Source: an uncultured Verrucomicrobiae bacterium
Lineage (GTDB): Bacteria; Verrucomicrobiota; Verrucomicrobiia; Chthoniobacterales; Chthoniobacteraceae
Assembly: GCA_963836755.1 (NCBI GenBank)
Contig: CAWIKF010000002.1
Location: 448,001-512,000, forward strand
Reading direction: 5' to 3'
DNA length: 64,000 bases
Part shown: positions 10,989-21,029 of the stretch, in pieces
Layout: the number at the start of each line of letters is the position of its first letter
Numbering within the stretch: the first letter of the stretch is position 1
The notes under the pieces: model-generated
The model's input: the letters and a program-made list of their open reading frames with translations, nothing else
Told to the model about the DNA's origin: nothing
The model's database searches: none
Position numbers and translations under genes: made by a program

Positions 10989-11456
10989 ATGCCTCTGCGC
11001 CTTCTCGAGATTTTCGGCGAAAATCAAGTTGAGCTGCAACTGTCCGCGACCACGCAGGCGGAAGCGTTCCGAGAACTTTCCGAGCTGATGCGCGGACATC
11101 CCGACATGCTCGATCTTCCCGCGTTTCAAAAGGAAGTCCTCGCCCGTGAAAGTGTCAGCTCGACCTGCACCGGCAACGGCGTCGCATTTCCTCACGCGCG
11201 CACGGATGCGGTGCGAAGAATCATCGGCGCGATCGGCCGCAGCCCTGATGGCATCACGCTCGACAACGGACAGCGCGTGCAACTCCTCGTCATGATCGGG
11301 ACACCGAAGGCGCTGGTGAACGACTATCTGAAATGTCTCGCCTCGCTCGCGAAAACGCTTCGCAGCCAGTCGGTGCGCGACGCTCTTTTGCAACCAACGA
11401 CGAAAGCGGAATTCCTGCACACACTCACCGACCATACCGGCGCGGTTCAGCCGTAG
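10989..11456 (+). CDS. PTS EIIA component (fructose/mannitol/Ntr type)
   Basis: VLARE..SST..GNGVAFPHAR with the phospho-His; start at ATG 10989, downstream of the terminator. Confidence 0.9.
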   Translation: MPLRLLEIFGENQVELQLSATTQAEAFRELSELMRGHPDMLDLPAFQKEVLARESVSSTCTGNGVAFPHARTDAVRRIIGAIGRSPDGITLDNGQRVQLLVMIGTPKALVNDYLKCLASLAKTLRSQSVRDALLQPTTKAEFLHTLTDHTGAVQP

Positions 11457-11457
11457 C

Positions 11458-13269
11458 GTGGAAAATTCATCCCCCAGCCAGCCGCACCCGACGCTTCAGC
11501 CGCGGCGGTTGCGCCTGCTGAAAGCGTGGGTCTGGCTCGCCGAGCGCATTCACCCGAATGAATTGCAGGAGACGCTTTTTTGGGCGGGCGTCGTCGGCTT
11601 TTTCGGCGCGGTCACATCGATTGCATTTCGCTATTCGACGACGTTTATGCATCGGTTGTTAACGGGCAACTCCGTCGCGGGAATGGCGGAAAGTTTTTCG
11701 CAACTCCCAGTCTGGCAGCGCGTCCTCACGCCCGCGATCGGCGGCATTCTCGCCGGCGGCGTGATGGTCGTCGGCGCGCGCTGGCGTGGCACGGTCGCGA
11801 CGACCGATTACATGGAGGCGATCGTGCTGGGCGATGGAAAAATCTCCACGCGGCTGAGCGCGATCAAATCAATCTCGGCAATGTTCACCATTGCTTCCGG
11901 CGGCTCGATCGGCCGCGAAGGCCCGTTGGTGCAGCTCTCCTCGCTCGTCGCTTCGATCGCAGGACGCTGGCGAAGTTGGTCCACACCGCGTTTGCGCCTG
12001 CTCGTTGGATGCGGCGCGGCGGCCGGCATCGCCTCGGCTTACAACGCGCCAATCGCCGGCGCTCTCTTCGTTGCGGAGATCGTGCTCGGCTCGCTCGCGA
12101 TGGAAATTTTCGGCCCGCTGGTTTTTGCATCAGTCGTCGCCACGCTGACCATCCGCGAATTTCTCGGCGGCAATCCGCTGTATGAAATCCCGCCGTTCCA
12201 GCTCAATTCGAACTGGGAAATCATCCCGTATGTTTTTCTCGGGCTCTTCGCCGGTTTCCTCGCGCCCTGGTTTTTGCGGCTGTTGGACGTCAGCGAGCGT
12301 TTGTTTAACCAAATGAAAGCGCCGATTTTTGTGCGCATGGCGCTCGGCGGGCTCATCGTCGGCGTGCTGGCGGCATTTTATCCCGAGGTCTGCGGCAACG
12401 GCTACAGCGCCGTCAGCGCGATTTTGCGCGGGAACCTGCTCTGGCAAAGCCTCGCGATGATTCTTCTTTGTAAAATGATTGCGACCAGCGCGACGTTCGG
12501 CTCCGGCGCGGTCGGCGGCGTTTTCACGCCCACGTTGTTTGTCGGTGCGAGCCTCGGTTACCTTTTCGGCAGCGTGCTGCATCACGCGCTGCCGGCGCTC
12601 AATCCCAGCGCGTGCGCACTCGTCGGCATGGGCGCGTTCTTGGCCGGCACCACGCACGCGCCGATCATGGCGATCATCATGATTTTCGAGCTGACGCTAG
12701 ATTACCAAATCATCCTGCCGCTGATGCTGGCGTGCGTGATCGCGTATTACACGTCTGCGAGCATCGAGAAGCGCTCGATCTACAGCGAATCGCTCAAGCG
12801 CAAAGGCGCGGGCGATTTCCGCGAGCAGCTCGCCGATCTGCATGTGCGGGATTTGATGAAGAATAACCCGGTCGCCGTGGCGCCCACGGCGCGTTTCGCG
12901 GAGATCGGCGAAACATTTTTGGCAAACCGTTTCAATTATCTTTACGTCGCCGATGCCACGAAACATTTCCTCGGCGTCGTCTCGCTGCACGACATTAAAA
13001 GTTACCTCAACGACCCGGAACTGGCCGGGCTGGTGATCGCACGCGACATCATGCGCGAGGAATTTCCGACGATTGAGCCGAACGCAACTTTGACCGAAGC
13101 GCTCGACACTTTTTCGCGCCACGATGGCGAGCGGCTGCCGGTGGTGAACGATCCCGGCGAAAAGCGGCTGACGGGAAGCATCTCGAAAACCGATCTCATT
13201 CTCGCGCTCGCGGGCAGCACGAAACTAGTCCCGAGCACGGTGCCGACGGTCGTTGCCGAAGCGGCGTAA
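11458..13269 (+). CDS. ClC-family chloride channel/transporter (ClcB-like) with two CBS domains
   Basis: GGSIGREGP, GAVGGVFTP, many TM helices, C-terminal CBS pair; GTG start. Confidence 0.92.
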   Translation: MENSSPSQPHPTLQPRRLRLLKAWVWLAERIHPNELQETLFWAGVVGFFGAVTSIAFRYSTTFMHRLLTGNSVAGMAESFSQLPVWQRVLTPAIGGILAGGVMVVGARWRGTVATTDYMEAIVLGDGKISTRLSAIKSISAMFTIASGGSIGREGPLVQLSSLVASIAGRWRSWSTPRLRLLVGCGAAAGIASAYNAPIAGALFVAEIVLGSLAMEIFGPLVFASVVATLTIREFLGGNPLYEIPPFQLNSNWEIIPYVFLGLFAGFLAPWFLRLLDVSERLFNQMKAPIFVRMALGGLIVGVLAAFYPEVCGNGYSAVSAILRGNLLWQSLAMILLCKMIATSATFGSGAVGGVFTPTLFVGASLGYLFGSVLHHALPALNPSACALVGMGAFLAGTTHAPIMAIIMIFELTLDYQIILPLMLACVIAYYTSASIEKRSIYSESLKRKGAGDFREQLADLHVRDLMKNNPVAVAPTARFAEIGETFLANRFNYLYVADATKHFLGVVSLHDIKSYLNDPELAGLVIARDIMREEFPTIEPNATLTEALDTFSRHDGERLPVVNDPGEKRLTGSISKTDLILALAGSTKLVPSTVPTVVAEAA

Positions 13270-13374
13270 AAGTTTTGCCGCGAACTTTTCCGCGATTGGC
13301 GTCAAAGTTTACAACCACTCGCTAATCGTTCGCTTTTAGTTAAACAATCGAGCGCGAGCTGCGGAGCGCATAAT

Positions 13375-13412
13375 TTCACGGACTCGTCACCTGCCCGCCA
13401 CATAACTGTAAC
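13375..13412 (+). promoter_or_regulatory. Pho box array upstream of pstS
   Basis: half-sites TTCAC 13375, GTCAC 13386, GCCAC 13397, GTAAC 13408, an exact 11-bp period. Confidence 0.75.
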
Positions 13413-13445
13413 AAACGCCCCCCAACGTTTGCGGCTCAACCCACT

Positions 13446-14450
13446 ATGAAAAAACTACATACACTCCTACTCGCCGCGACATTCGGCTTCAGCTGCCTCG
13501 CGAGCGCACAAACCACCATCAACGGCGCAGGCGCCACTTTTCCAGCGCCGCTTTATCAGCGCTGGTTCGCTGAATACAACAAACTCCATCCCGACGTGCA
13601 GGTGAATTACGAGGCAATCGGCAGCGGCTCGGGCATCAAGCAATTCGTCCAGGGCGTGGTCAATTTTGCCGCCAGCGACGCCGCGATGAGCGACGACGAG
13701 CTCAAGCAGGTGAGCAAAGGCGCAGTCATGCTGCCAATGACCGCGGGAAGCATCGTCCTCGCCTACAACATGCCCGAGGTGAAAACGCTGAAGCTTTCAC
13801 GCGACGCTTACATCGGCATTTTCCTCGGCACGATCACGAAGTGGAATGATCCGAAGATCACGAAAGACAACGCCGGCACGACGTTGCCCGACATGCCGAT
13901 CTCTGTTGCGTATCGCTCGGACGGCAGCGGCACGAACTTTGTCTTCACTAAACACCTCGCGGCAATCAGCGAAGAATTCAAAACCAAAGTCGGCGAAGGC
14001 AAAAGCGTGAGCTGGCCTGTCGGCGTCGGTGGCAAGGGCAATGACGGCGTCACCGCATTGATCAAGCAAACTGCCGGCACGATCGGCTACGTGGAATACG
14101 GCTACGCGAAAAACAACGGCCTCGCGATGGCCGAGCTGCAAAACAAGTCGGGCGCTTTTGTCGCACCGACGCCAGAATCCGGCGCGTCCACACTCGCCTC
14201 CGTGCAGTTCCCGGCGAATCTCCGCGTCTGGCCTTCCGACCCGGCTGGCAAAGGCGATTACCCGATCGCGACCTTCACCTGGCTTTTGCTTTACAAAAGC
14301 TACGATGACGCCAAGGTCGCGGGAATCCTCAAGGATCTCGTGAAATACGGTGTCACAGATGGGCAAAAATTTGCGCCGGAACTCGGCTACATCCCGCTGC
14401 CGCCGAAAGTGGTCGGCATCGTGGAAGAGAAACTTAAGGAAGTAAAGTAG
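13446..14450 (+). CDS. pstS: phosphate ABC transporter substrate-binding protein
   Basis: signal peptide, GAGATFPAPLY, IGSGSG, RSDGSGT, GAIGYVE-like and YPIATFT motifs. Confidence 0.96.
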   Translation: MKKLHTLLLAATFGFSCLASAQTTINGAGATFPAPLYQRWFAEYNKLHPDVQVNYEAIGSGSGIKQFVQGVVNFAASDAAMSDDELKQVSKGAVMLPMTAGSIVLAYNMPEVKTLKLSRDAYIGIFLGTITKWNDPKITKDNAGTTLPDMPISVAYRSDGSGTNFVFTKHLAAISEEFKTKVGEGKSVSWPVGVGGKGNDGVTALIKQTAGTIGYVEYGYAKNNGLAMAELQNKSGAFVAPTPESGASTLASVQFPANLRVWPSDPAGKGDYPIATFTWLLLYKSYDDAKVAGILKDLVKYGVTDGQKFAPELGYIPLPPKVVGIVEEKLKEVK

Positions 14451-14481
14451 GGGCAACTTTTACTCCGCAGCGCATACGACG

Positions 14482-15414
14482 ATGAGCCTCGATCTAATGT
14501 CCCTGAAGCCGCGGCGCGATTTTTTTCGCGCGGTCTGCTGGGCATGCTCAGTGGCCGTCGTGGTCGTCATCTTCTGGATCGTTTTCCAAATCGGCAAAGT
14601 CGCTTTGCCGGCGATCGGAAAATTCGGCATCGGGTTCCTGACGCATTCCGCGTGGAACCCGGTGCGTGACGATTATGGGATCGTGCCGTTCCTGCTCGGC
14701 ACGATGATGAGCTCGTGCATTGCGCTGCTGCTCGCGCTGCCACTCGGCCTGGCGATCGCGATTTTCCTGAGCGAAAATTTCCTGCCACAGGCATTTCGGA
14801 GCTTCGTTCGGTTCGTCGTCGAGTTGCTCGCGGCGATTCCGAGCGTCGTTTACGGATTGTGGGGGATCGCGGTGCTCATCCCGCTGGTGCAAAAGTTCGG
14901 AATTCCGATCGCAAACGGGCTCGGGAAATTTCCGCTCTTCGCCGGGCCGGTGACTGGCAACAGCATGATCACCGCGAGCCTGGTTTTGGCGCTGATGATT
15001 CTGCCGACGATCGCGGCAGTGTCGCGTTTTGCATTCGTGAATGTCCCGCCGACTTTGCGCGAAGGCGCTTATGCGCTGGGCTCGACGCGGTGGGAAGCAA
15101 TTTTCGGCGTGATCATTCCAGGCGCGATGCCGGGGATTGTCGCCGGGACGATCCTCGCGCTCGGCCGCGCGATGGGCGAGACGATGGCGGTCGCGATGGT
15201 CATCGGCAACAGCTCGCGTTTCACCGTCTCGCTTTTCCAGCCGTCCGGCACGCTCGCGAGCCTGCTGGCGAACCAATTCGCGGAAGCCGACGGCATTCGC
15301 ATCAACGCGCTGATGTATGGCGCCCTCGCGCTTTTGTTTTTGACCCTGCTTGTCAATATCGCTGGCGAAATGATCCTGCGGTTGTCGATGCGCCGCACGA
15401 TGGGAATCCGATGA
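14482..15414 (+). CDS. pstC: phosphate ABC permease
   Basis: ELLAAIPSVVYGLWG, GRAMGETMAV. Confidence 0.95.
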   Translation: MSLDLMSLKPRRDFFRAVCWACSVAVVVVIFWIVFQIGKVALPAIGKFGIGFLTHSAWNPVRDDYGIVPFLLGTMMSSCIALLLALPLGLAIAIFLSENFLPQAFRSFVRFVVELLAAIPSVVYGLWGIAVLIPLVQKFGIPIANGLGKFPLFAGPVTGNSMITASLVLALMILPTIAAVSRFAFVNVPPTLREGAYALGSTRWEAIFGVIIPGAMPGIVAGTILALGRAMGETMAVAMVIGNSSRFTVSLFQPSGTLASLLANQFAEADGIRINALMYGALALLFLTLLVNIAGEMILRLSMRRTMGIR

Positions 15415-16295
15415 ACGCGCTCGAACCAACAGCAGAAATGGCGGGTGTGTTCCAAGGCCACAGCCGCGGCACGGTGTCGCGGCTCGTGAAAAATACGGTG
15501 CTCAGCTCGCTGTGCGTCGTCCTCTCGCTGCTGACTTTCATCCCGCTCTTTTCCATCATTTACCTTTTGGTGACGCGCGGCGCGAAACATCTCAACCTCG
15601 AAACCTTCACCAAACTTCCGCCTGCCCCGGGCATGATGGGCGGCGGCATCGGCAATGCGATTGCGGGCACGGGCCTCATCGTCGGAATCGCGATCGCAAT
15701 GGCTGCGCCGATTGGAATTTTGGCCGCAGTTTACATCACGGAATATGGCAAAGGTTCACGGCTCGCGGACGCCGTGCGCTTCACGGCAAAGTTGCTCACC
15801 GGAATCCCTTCGATCATCTGCGGTGTGTTCGCCTATGCGGTCGTTGTCGTGACGACTGGGAAATTTTCAGCGCTCGCCGGCGCGGTTGCGCTCGCGGTGC
15901 TGGCTTTGCCGACGGTTTTACTCACTGCCGAACAAGCGTTGCTCGGCGTGCCGAAGTCTTTTCGCGAAGCATCAGTCGGCCTCGGCGCAACGACTTTCCA
16001 AACGATCTGGCGCATCATTTTGCCGGAAGCGTTTCCCGGCATCATGACCGGCATCATGCTCGCTGTCGCGCGCGCCGCGGGTGAGACAGCGCCGGTGCTT
16101 TTCACGTCACTTTTTAACTACTACTGGACGAAATCTGTCATGGATCCGACCGCGACGCTTTCGGTCTTGATTTACAATTTTTCCACCGTTCCTTATGCAA
16201 ACCAGATTGAGCTCGCCTGGACCGCGTCGCTCGTGCTGGTGACGCTGGTCACCGTGGCCAACGTGTTTGCGCAGCTCGCATTTCGACGGAAGTGA
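15411..16295 (+). CDS. pstA: phosphate ABC permease
   Basis: GGIGNAIAGT, GIPSII, ARAAGETAP; ATGA overlap with the pstC stop. Confidence 0.95.
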   Translation: MNALEPTAEMAGVFQGHSRGTVSRLVKNTVLSSLCVVLSLLTFIPLFSIIYLLVTRGAKHLNLETFTKLPPAPGMMGGGIGNAIAGTGLIVGIAIAMAAPIGILAAVYITEYGKGSRLADAVRFTAKLLTGIPSIICGVFAYAVVVVTTGKFSALAGAVALAVLALPTVLLTAEQALLGVPKSFREASVGLGATTFQTIWRIILPEAFPGIMTGIMLAVARAAGETAPVLFTSLFNYYWTKSVMDPTATLSVLIYNFSTVPYANQIELAWTASLVLVTLVTVANVFAQLAFRRK

Positions 16296-16335
16296 TTTCG
16301 AATCGCAGTTAAAGCTTGTTAACGACCCAACTTAA

Positions 16336-17196
16336 ATGCCGACGCAACTATCACGTATGTCCGAAACCCAACCAAAGGCTTCGAAGCTTGAGTCATCGAA
16401 TCAAATCATCGATGGCAATGCTTTCGATAGCGAACCTGCGGAGCAAAACCTGATCTCGATCAAAAATTTCAGCTTTTTCTACGGCCGCAAGCAAGCGCTG
16501 TTCAACATCAACATGCAGATTCCGCGCTGCCGCGTCACCGCGTTGATCGGCCCGTCGGGCTGCGGAAAATCGACACTGCTGCGGAACATCAACCGCATGA
16601 ATGATCTTGTGGACGGCGCGCGGCACGAAGGCGACATCACGCTTTCCGGCCACAGCATTTACGATCCGAAGCTGCAGGTCATCGCGCTGCGTCGCGCGGT
16701 CGGCATGGTGTTTCAAAAATCGAACCCGTTCCCGATGTCAATCTACGACAACGTCTGCTACGGGCTCGGCATCTCCGGCGAGCGCAACCGCGGTGTGCTC
16801 GATACTGCCGTCGAGCAAAGCCTTCGCGGTGCGGCATTGTGGGATGAAGTCAAAGATCGGCTTTCAGAGAGCGCGCTGGGCCTTTCCGGCGGCCAGCAGC
16901 AGCGGCTTTGCATCGCCCGCGCCATCGCGGTGAAACCTGAAGTCCTGCTGATGGATGAACCTTGCTCCGCGCTCGATCCGATCGCGACCGCGAAAGTCGA
17001 GGAGCTGGTTACGGAGCTGAAAAAGCAATTCACAATCGTCATTGTCACGCACAACATGCAGCAGGCCGGACGCTGCTCGGATTACACGGCGTTCTTTTAT
17101 TTGGGCCAGCTCATTGAGTTTGAGAAAACAGAAAAGATTTTCACGAACCCCGGGCAAAAACAGACCGAAGATTACATTTCCGGCCGTTTCGGTTGA
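16336..17196 (+). CDS. pstB: phosphate ABC ATPase
   Basis: [33 protein letters not shown]-terminal YISGRFG; start may be 16357. Confidence 0.96.
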   Translation: MPTQLSRMSETQPKASKLESSNQIIDGNAFDSEPAEQNLISIKNFSFFYGRKQALFNINMQIPRCRVTALIGPSGCGKSTLLRNINRMNDLVDGARHEGDITLSGHSIYDPKLQVIALRRAVGMVFQKSNPFPMSIYDNVCYGLGISGERNRGVLDTAVEQSLRGAALWDEVKDRLSESALGLSGGQQQRLCIARAIAVKPEVLLMDEPCSALDPIATAKVEELVTELKKQFTIVIVTHNMQQAGRCSDYTAFFYLGQLIEFEKTEKIFTNPGQKQTEDYISGRFG

Positions 17197-17214
17197 TAGC
17201 ACGCATCAAACACC

Positions 17215-17880
17215 ATGAATATTTTTGAAAGCCAGCTTTCTCGCATCCGCGAGACGCTGTTGATGATGTCCAGTCTCACCGATCGCAATTTGACAATTGC
17301 GATGAAATCGCTCGTTGAGCGCGACAACAATCTCGCGGATTCTGTCGAGGCCGAGGACAGCCAGATCGATCAACTCGAGATCACGGTGGATGAAATGGTC
17401 ATCACCTACATGGCCACGCACGCACCCGTCGCGACTGACTGCCGCTTCATGCTGGCGGCGTCAAAGATTTCCAGCAATCTCGAGCGCATCGGCGACCAGG
17501 CGACCACCGTCGCGCGGCGCGCCCGTGACTTGAACAAGGAGCCGCTGCTCAAACCGCTCATCGACATCCCACTCATGGCTGAAACGGCGCGCGAAATGTT
17601 GCGCGATAGCATCACGGGATTCGTCGAAAACCAGCCGGAGCTAGCGCCAGACATCATCGCGCGGGACAAAACCGTGGACGATATCAACAGGCAGCTCATC
17701 CGCGAATTAACAACGTTTATGACGGAGGATCCGCGCACCATCACGCGCTGCTTGAATTTGATTGTCGTCGCCAAAGCTCTCGAGCGTGTCGCTGATCACG
17801 CCGCCAATATCGCCGAGGACGTATATTACCTCTACCGTGGCCAGGATATTCGCCATTCGGCAGTGGCAAAGGTCAGCTAA
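17215..17880 (+). CDS. phoU: phosphate signalling protein PhoU
   Basis: two PhoU repeats, LERIGD and LERVADHAANIAE. Confidence 0.95.
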   Translation: MNIFESQLSRIRETLLMMSSLTDRNLTIAMKSLVERDNNLADSVEAEDSQIDQLEITVDEMVITYMATHAPVATDCRFMLAASKISSNLERIGDQATTVARRARDLNKEPLLKPLIDIPLMAETAREMLRDSITGFVENQPELAPDIIARDKTVDDINRQLIRELTTFMTEDPRTITRCLNLIVVAKALERVADHAANIAEDVYYLYRGQDIRHSAVAKVS

Positions 17881-17894
17881 GGCGTTTCCTCGCT

Positions 17895-18449
17895 TTAAAG
17901 GTTCTGGATCGAATACAAACTGTCCCGGAACTCTTTAGACAGCTTTTCGTAGTCAACGCGGCGGCAATCGAGCGTAAAGGCGAGCTGCAAGGTGTTGGCG
18001 CACGCGAACACAATGTTACGCACGCAAGCCTGACCGAAGAAGTTATAGTTTAGCACCACTTCGCACGTCGCATTTCCATTGATGCGGAGCGGGTTTAATT
18101 CCACTGAGGCAAACTTCGCGTCGGTGACGCCTTTTGGCAGCGCACCAAACGCCATCTCCGCAAGTTTCCGTGCCTGGTCTTCGTTCAGGACGATTGGTTG
18201 CGTCAGCGTTGTCTTGTGAATAGTGGCAGTCGCTTGTGCTTTTCCTGGAGGGATAAAGCTCGCGCTTGAACTATCTCCGGCGTAAGTCCAATCCCGCGGC
18301 GGAGTATAAGTTACCCTTTTTGGTCCGTCCAAAAAGTAGACATTCTTGAACTTCGCGCCTTCTACTTCATAGACGCCCGGATGAGGAGTCAAATCAAGGT
18401 CTGCGAAAGCCGTAGCTGCAAAGAGAACGTAAAGGGCGAGGAATCTCAT
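17895..18449 (-). CDS. exported hypothetical protein, possibly PsbP/DcrB-like fold
   Basis: signal MRFLALYVLFAATAFA; ATGA overlap with the upstream PilX-like gene; 'YTPPRDW' and a C-terminal amphipathic helix. Confidence 0.7.
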   Translation of the reverse strand: MRFLALYVLFAATAFADLDLTPHPGVYEVEGAKFKNVYFLDGPKRVTYTPPRDWTYAGDSSSASFIPPGKAQATATIHKTTLTQPIVLNEDQARKLAEMAFGALPKGVTDAKFASVELNPLRINGNATCEVVLNYNFFGQACVRNIVFACANTLQLAFTLDCRRVDYEKLSKEFRDSLYSIQNL

Positions 18450-20215
18450 TGTTGGAACCATCTTTGTTTCATGTAGTTGACGATCATGATCGAGCCAGGA
18501 GGAGTGTTGGTTTGAAAGTCTGTGTCAAAGAACCATTCGCGCAGCGGCGGCGAATAGACATTTGACTTTCCCCAAATCCCAGTCGCCTGCTGGCTTTGAT
18601 AAAGCTCCACCATGGATCCGTAGTAAGTCAGTGACTTGTTCGTCCAGTCCTCGAGAAACCGCGGGTAGTTCTCGGCGCCGCCGCTATAGTTGCCGTTTGC
18701 GCTGGGGACGATTCCGGCGATGATTGCCGTGTTCACTGTCGTATTGCTCGCGATGCGCGAGCTCAAGCTAGAGAATGAATTTGCGTCAACCCATGCGTTG
18801 GAGAGAACCGACACTGCGTCGGCGACGATGGAAGAAGGTTGTTTGGTATAACCTGTGCCTGTCGGTTGAGTATAAGTTCCGAGGTTAGAAGGCGGAAGTG
18901 CGCCAGTGTTGTAATCTCCCTGGATGTAGACTGGATTATCGCTGGCAAAAGTAAGGCCGTTGACAGGCAGTGCGCTTCCATTTTTCAAACGAACGCCGCG
19001 TTTGGGACTTCCACCAGTCTGGCCGGCGCTGGTGTCGGAAATGTAGACTATTTGGTTAAAATTTTTGTTGGCCAGTGGACCGGTTGTCAATGCTGTCGTG
19101 ATTTGCGATACATCTACGTTGACGAGACGCACGGTTGCACCTTCGCGATTGTCCTGAATGGAAGAATTAGTCGTGATGGCGTTGCTAAAGGTTGTGTAGA
19201 TGGCCTTGTCCAGCGGATTGCCGTTTCCAGTGAGAACGGTCCCGTTTTGATTCATGATCGTGACATTGTTACTGGCGTCGATGAGGATCTTTGCGCCAGC
19301 CTGATCATAATACCTTTGTGCGGCGATCGGGTCGGAATAGCCGGGATCCGGCCGCTCCACCAATTCGTGGTAACCGTCGTCATTGTCACTCGCATCGGTG
19401 GTGCTAAAGACTCGCGACGAATCCATGCCGAAAGGTTGGTGTGCTATCTCCAAAGCTGGCGGAAGATTTGTAGGATAGTTCGGAGCCACAGGTGTTTCGC
19501 TGTGGGTGCTGTCACCTGGAGCGAATCCTACCGTCCAGCTGTTCGCGTAGGTTGCTTTGTCAGCGAAAGTCAGAGTGTCATGGCCAGTGTAGAGATCGGA
19601 ATTTGTGTGGACCCATCCAGTGACGGTAAATAAAGGACTGGGATGGATTTCCAGCGGATCGACGTAGAAGATCGCCCAGTTCCACGGAGATAACTGTTGC
19701 TTTTGAAAAATACGCCGGACCTTCACGGAGACAGTTGATGATATGTCCGGCAGAGTCACATCAGCCGAGCCCATGTAGAAATAGCTTGTAGCAGTCGCGT
19801 TCATCCCAGTGGCGGCGGGAGGTGCAGCTCCGTTCCCAATCGTCTTCAACTGCGGGTCGAGTGCTACTATTTTGTAACTGGCGATGGTATGGGTGCTATT
19901 CGAAGTATTTGCAGCAGCACTCGCGGTGAAGTTCGGGATGTATGGGAACTGCGAACTGGTCGGCAGTGGAATGGAGGTAAAGGCAGACGTCGGCCGTTGT
20001 GACGAGGGCGTAGCGCGGCAAATTTCACGCCAATAGGCGAACTGTTCATCAAGTGCGCCATTGGCGATGGCAATGGCTGCTTGCATGTTATTCGTCCGCT
20101 TAACATTCTTACCGACACTCATGGTCAGGTCCATCGCGACACCCGTAAAGACCGCGAGAATTGTCAGGACCGTCAATACCAGAAGAATAGAAGCGCCGGA
20201 CTCGTTTTTTTTCAT
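18446..20215 (-). CDS. large PilX-like minor pilin with adhesin-like C-terminal domain
   Basis: MKKNESG|ASILLVL class III signal lacking Glu5; T/S/N-rich body; C-terminal GGAENYPRFLEDW...Y.PP.R.W.FD..F...PPG. Confidence 0.8.
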   Translation of the reverse strand: MKKNESGASILLVLTVLTILAVFTGVAMDLTMSVGKNVKRTNNMQAAIAIANGALDEQFAYWREICRATPSSQRPTSAFTSIPLPTSSQFPYIPNFTASAAANTSNSTHTIASYKIVALDPQLKTIGNGAAPPAATGMNATATSYFYMGSADVTLPDISSTVSVKVRRIFQKQQLSPWNWAIFYVDPLEIHPSPLFTVTGWVHTNSDLYTGHDTLTFADKATYANSWTVGFAPGDSTHSETPVAPNYPTNLPPALEIAHQPFGMDSSRVFSTTDASDNDDGYHELVERPDPGYSDPIAAQRYYDQAGAKILIDASNNVTIMNQNGTVLTGNGNPLDKAIYTTFSNAITTNSSIQDNREGATVRLVNVDVSQITTALTTGPLANKNFNQIVYISDTSAGQTGGSPKRGVRLKNGSALPVNGLTFASDNPVYIQGDYNTGALPPSNLGTYTQPTGTGYTKQPSSIVADAVSVLSNAWVDANSFSSLSSRIASNTTVNTAIIAGIVPSANGNYSGGAENYPRFLEDWTNKSLTYYGSMVELYQSQQATGIWGKSNVYSPPLREWFFDTDFQTNTPPGSIMIVNYMKQRWFQQ

Positions 20216-20216
20216 T

Positions 20217-21029
20217 TCACTGATAGGTGGTAAGCTTCGCAAATGGAGAGATCTGCCCCTGCAAGGTAATTGCGCTGGTTTTGTAGTTGCGGTTGCTATA
20301 CTCGGGGTCAGCCGCAGAAAGATTGAAGGCGACCGCAAAGCGAAAGTAAGAAGCGTTGACTGGGCTATTAGGAATGGAGAAGGGCGTCGTAGAAGTGATG
20401 TCGTTGCCCATCACGGAGTAGTTACTCGTTGTCGCTCCTGAGTAGTAGGTTAGCTGCCCGTTAGCGGCGACGTAGGAGACCCGCTTGGTGAAGAAGCAGA
20501 TGATGTTGTAGTTGGTTGGACCTTGCGAAGTTGTGACCGGAACGGGAAGGTTACTCGCGAGAGTCAGCGTCGCCGTCTTTGCGGCAACACTTACACTTGC
20601 GATGCTGATCTCAATCTGATGAGTAGGGATGATGAGGATTTCGCCCGCTGTCGGCAGAGGGGTAGCGCTGTTTAAAGTGACAATGATGACGTTCTGGTTC
20701 GCGGCCGCGCTGGCGCCGATTTTGCATTGGCCGAGGTCCGAGTCGAAGACCTGGAAGGAAACGCCTGCGCTCGGACCTTGTCCGGAAACAACGGTGCGCG
20801 TAGCGTCGACGAGTTGCGGCAGCGAAACAGCGTTGTGCAAATCTTGCTCTAGTTGCAGGAGTGCACTCCTTGCCTGCTGGTGCGCGACGTTCACCGCGGT
20901 GTTTTTTGATGAGAGAATGAAGCCGCTATTCAACACGAGGAAGATGACGAGGCCCGTCAACGTGATCGCTCCTGTGGCGATCGACATTTCCACCAAAGTA
21001 AATGCGGCATTCCGCGGACAGCGTTTCAT
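20217..21029 (-). CDS. prepilin-type minor pilin (PilW-like)
   Basis: RNAA|FTLVEM followed by a hydrophobic helix; AR.AL.QLEQDL..A. Confidence 0.85.
   Translation of the reverse strand: MKRCPRNAAFTLVEMSIATGAITLTGLVIFLVLNSGFILSSKNTAVNVAHQQARSALLQLEQDLHNAVSLPQLVDATRTVVSGQGPSAGVSFQVFDSDLGQCKIGASAAANQNVIIVTLNSATPLPTAGEILIIPTHQIEISIASVSVAAKTATLTLASNLPVPVTTSQGPTNYNIICFFTKRVSYVAANGQLTYYSGATTSNYSVMGNDITSTTPFSIPNSPVNASYFRFAVAFNLSAADPEYSNRNYKTSAITLQGQISPFAKLTTYQ

Noticed and set aside
14715..15410. N-terminal extension making PstA 526 aa
   Set aside because: Alternate frame over pstC; the real start is the ATGA overlap at 15411.
20205..20212. A8 tract after the PilX-like start codon as a phase-variation site
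   Set aside because: Short, explained by Met-Lys-Lys-Asn codons, and the frame is intact.
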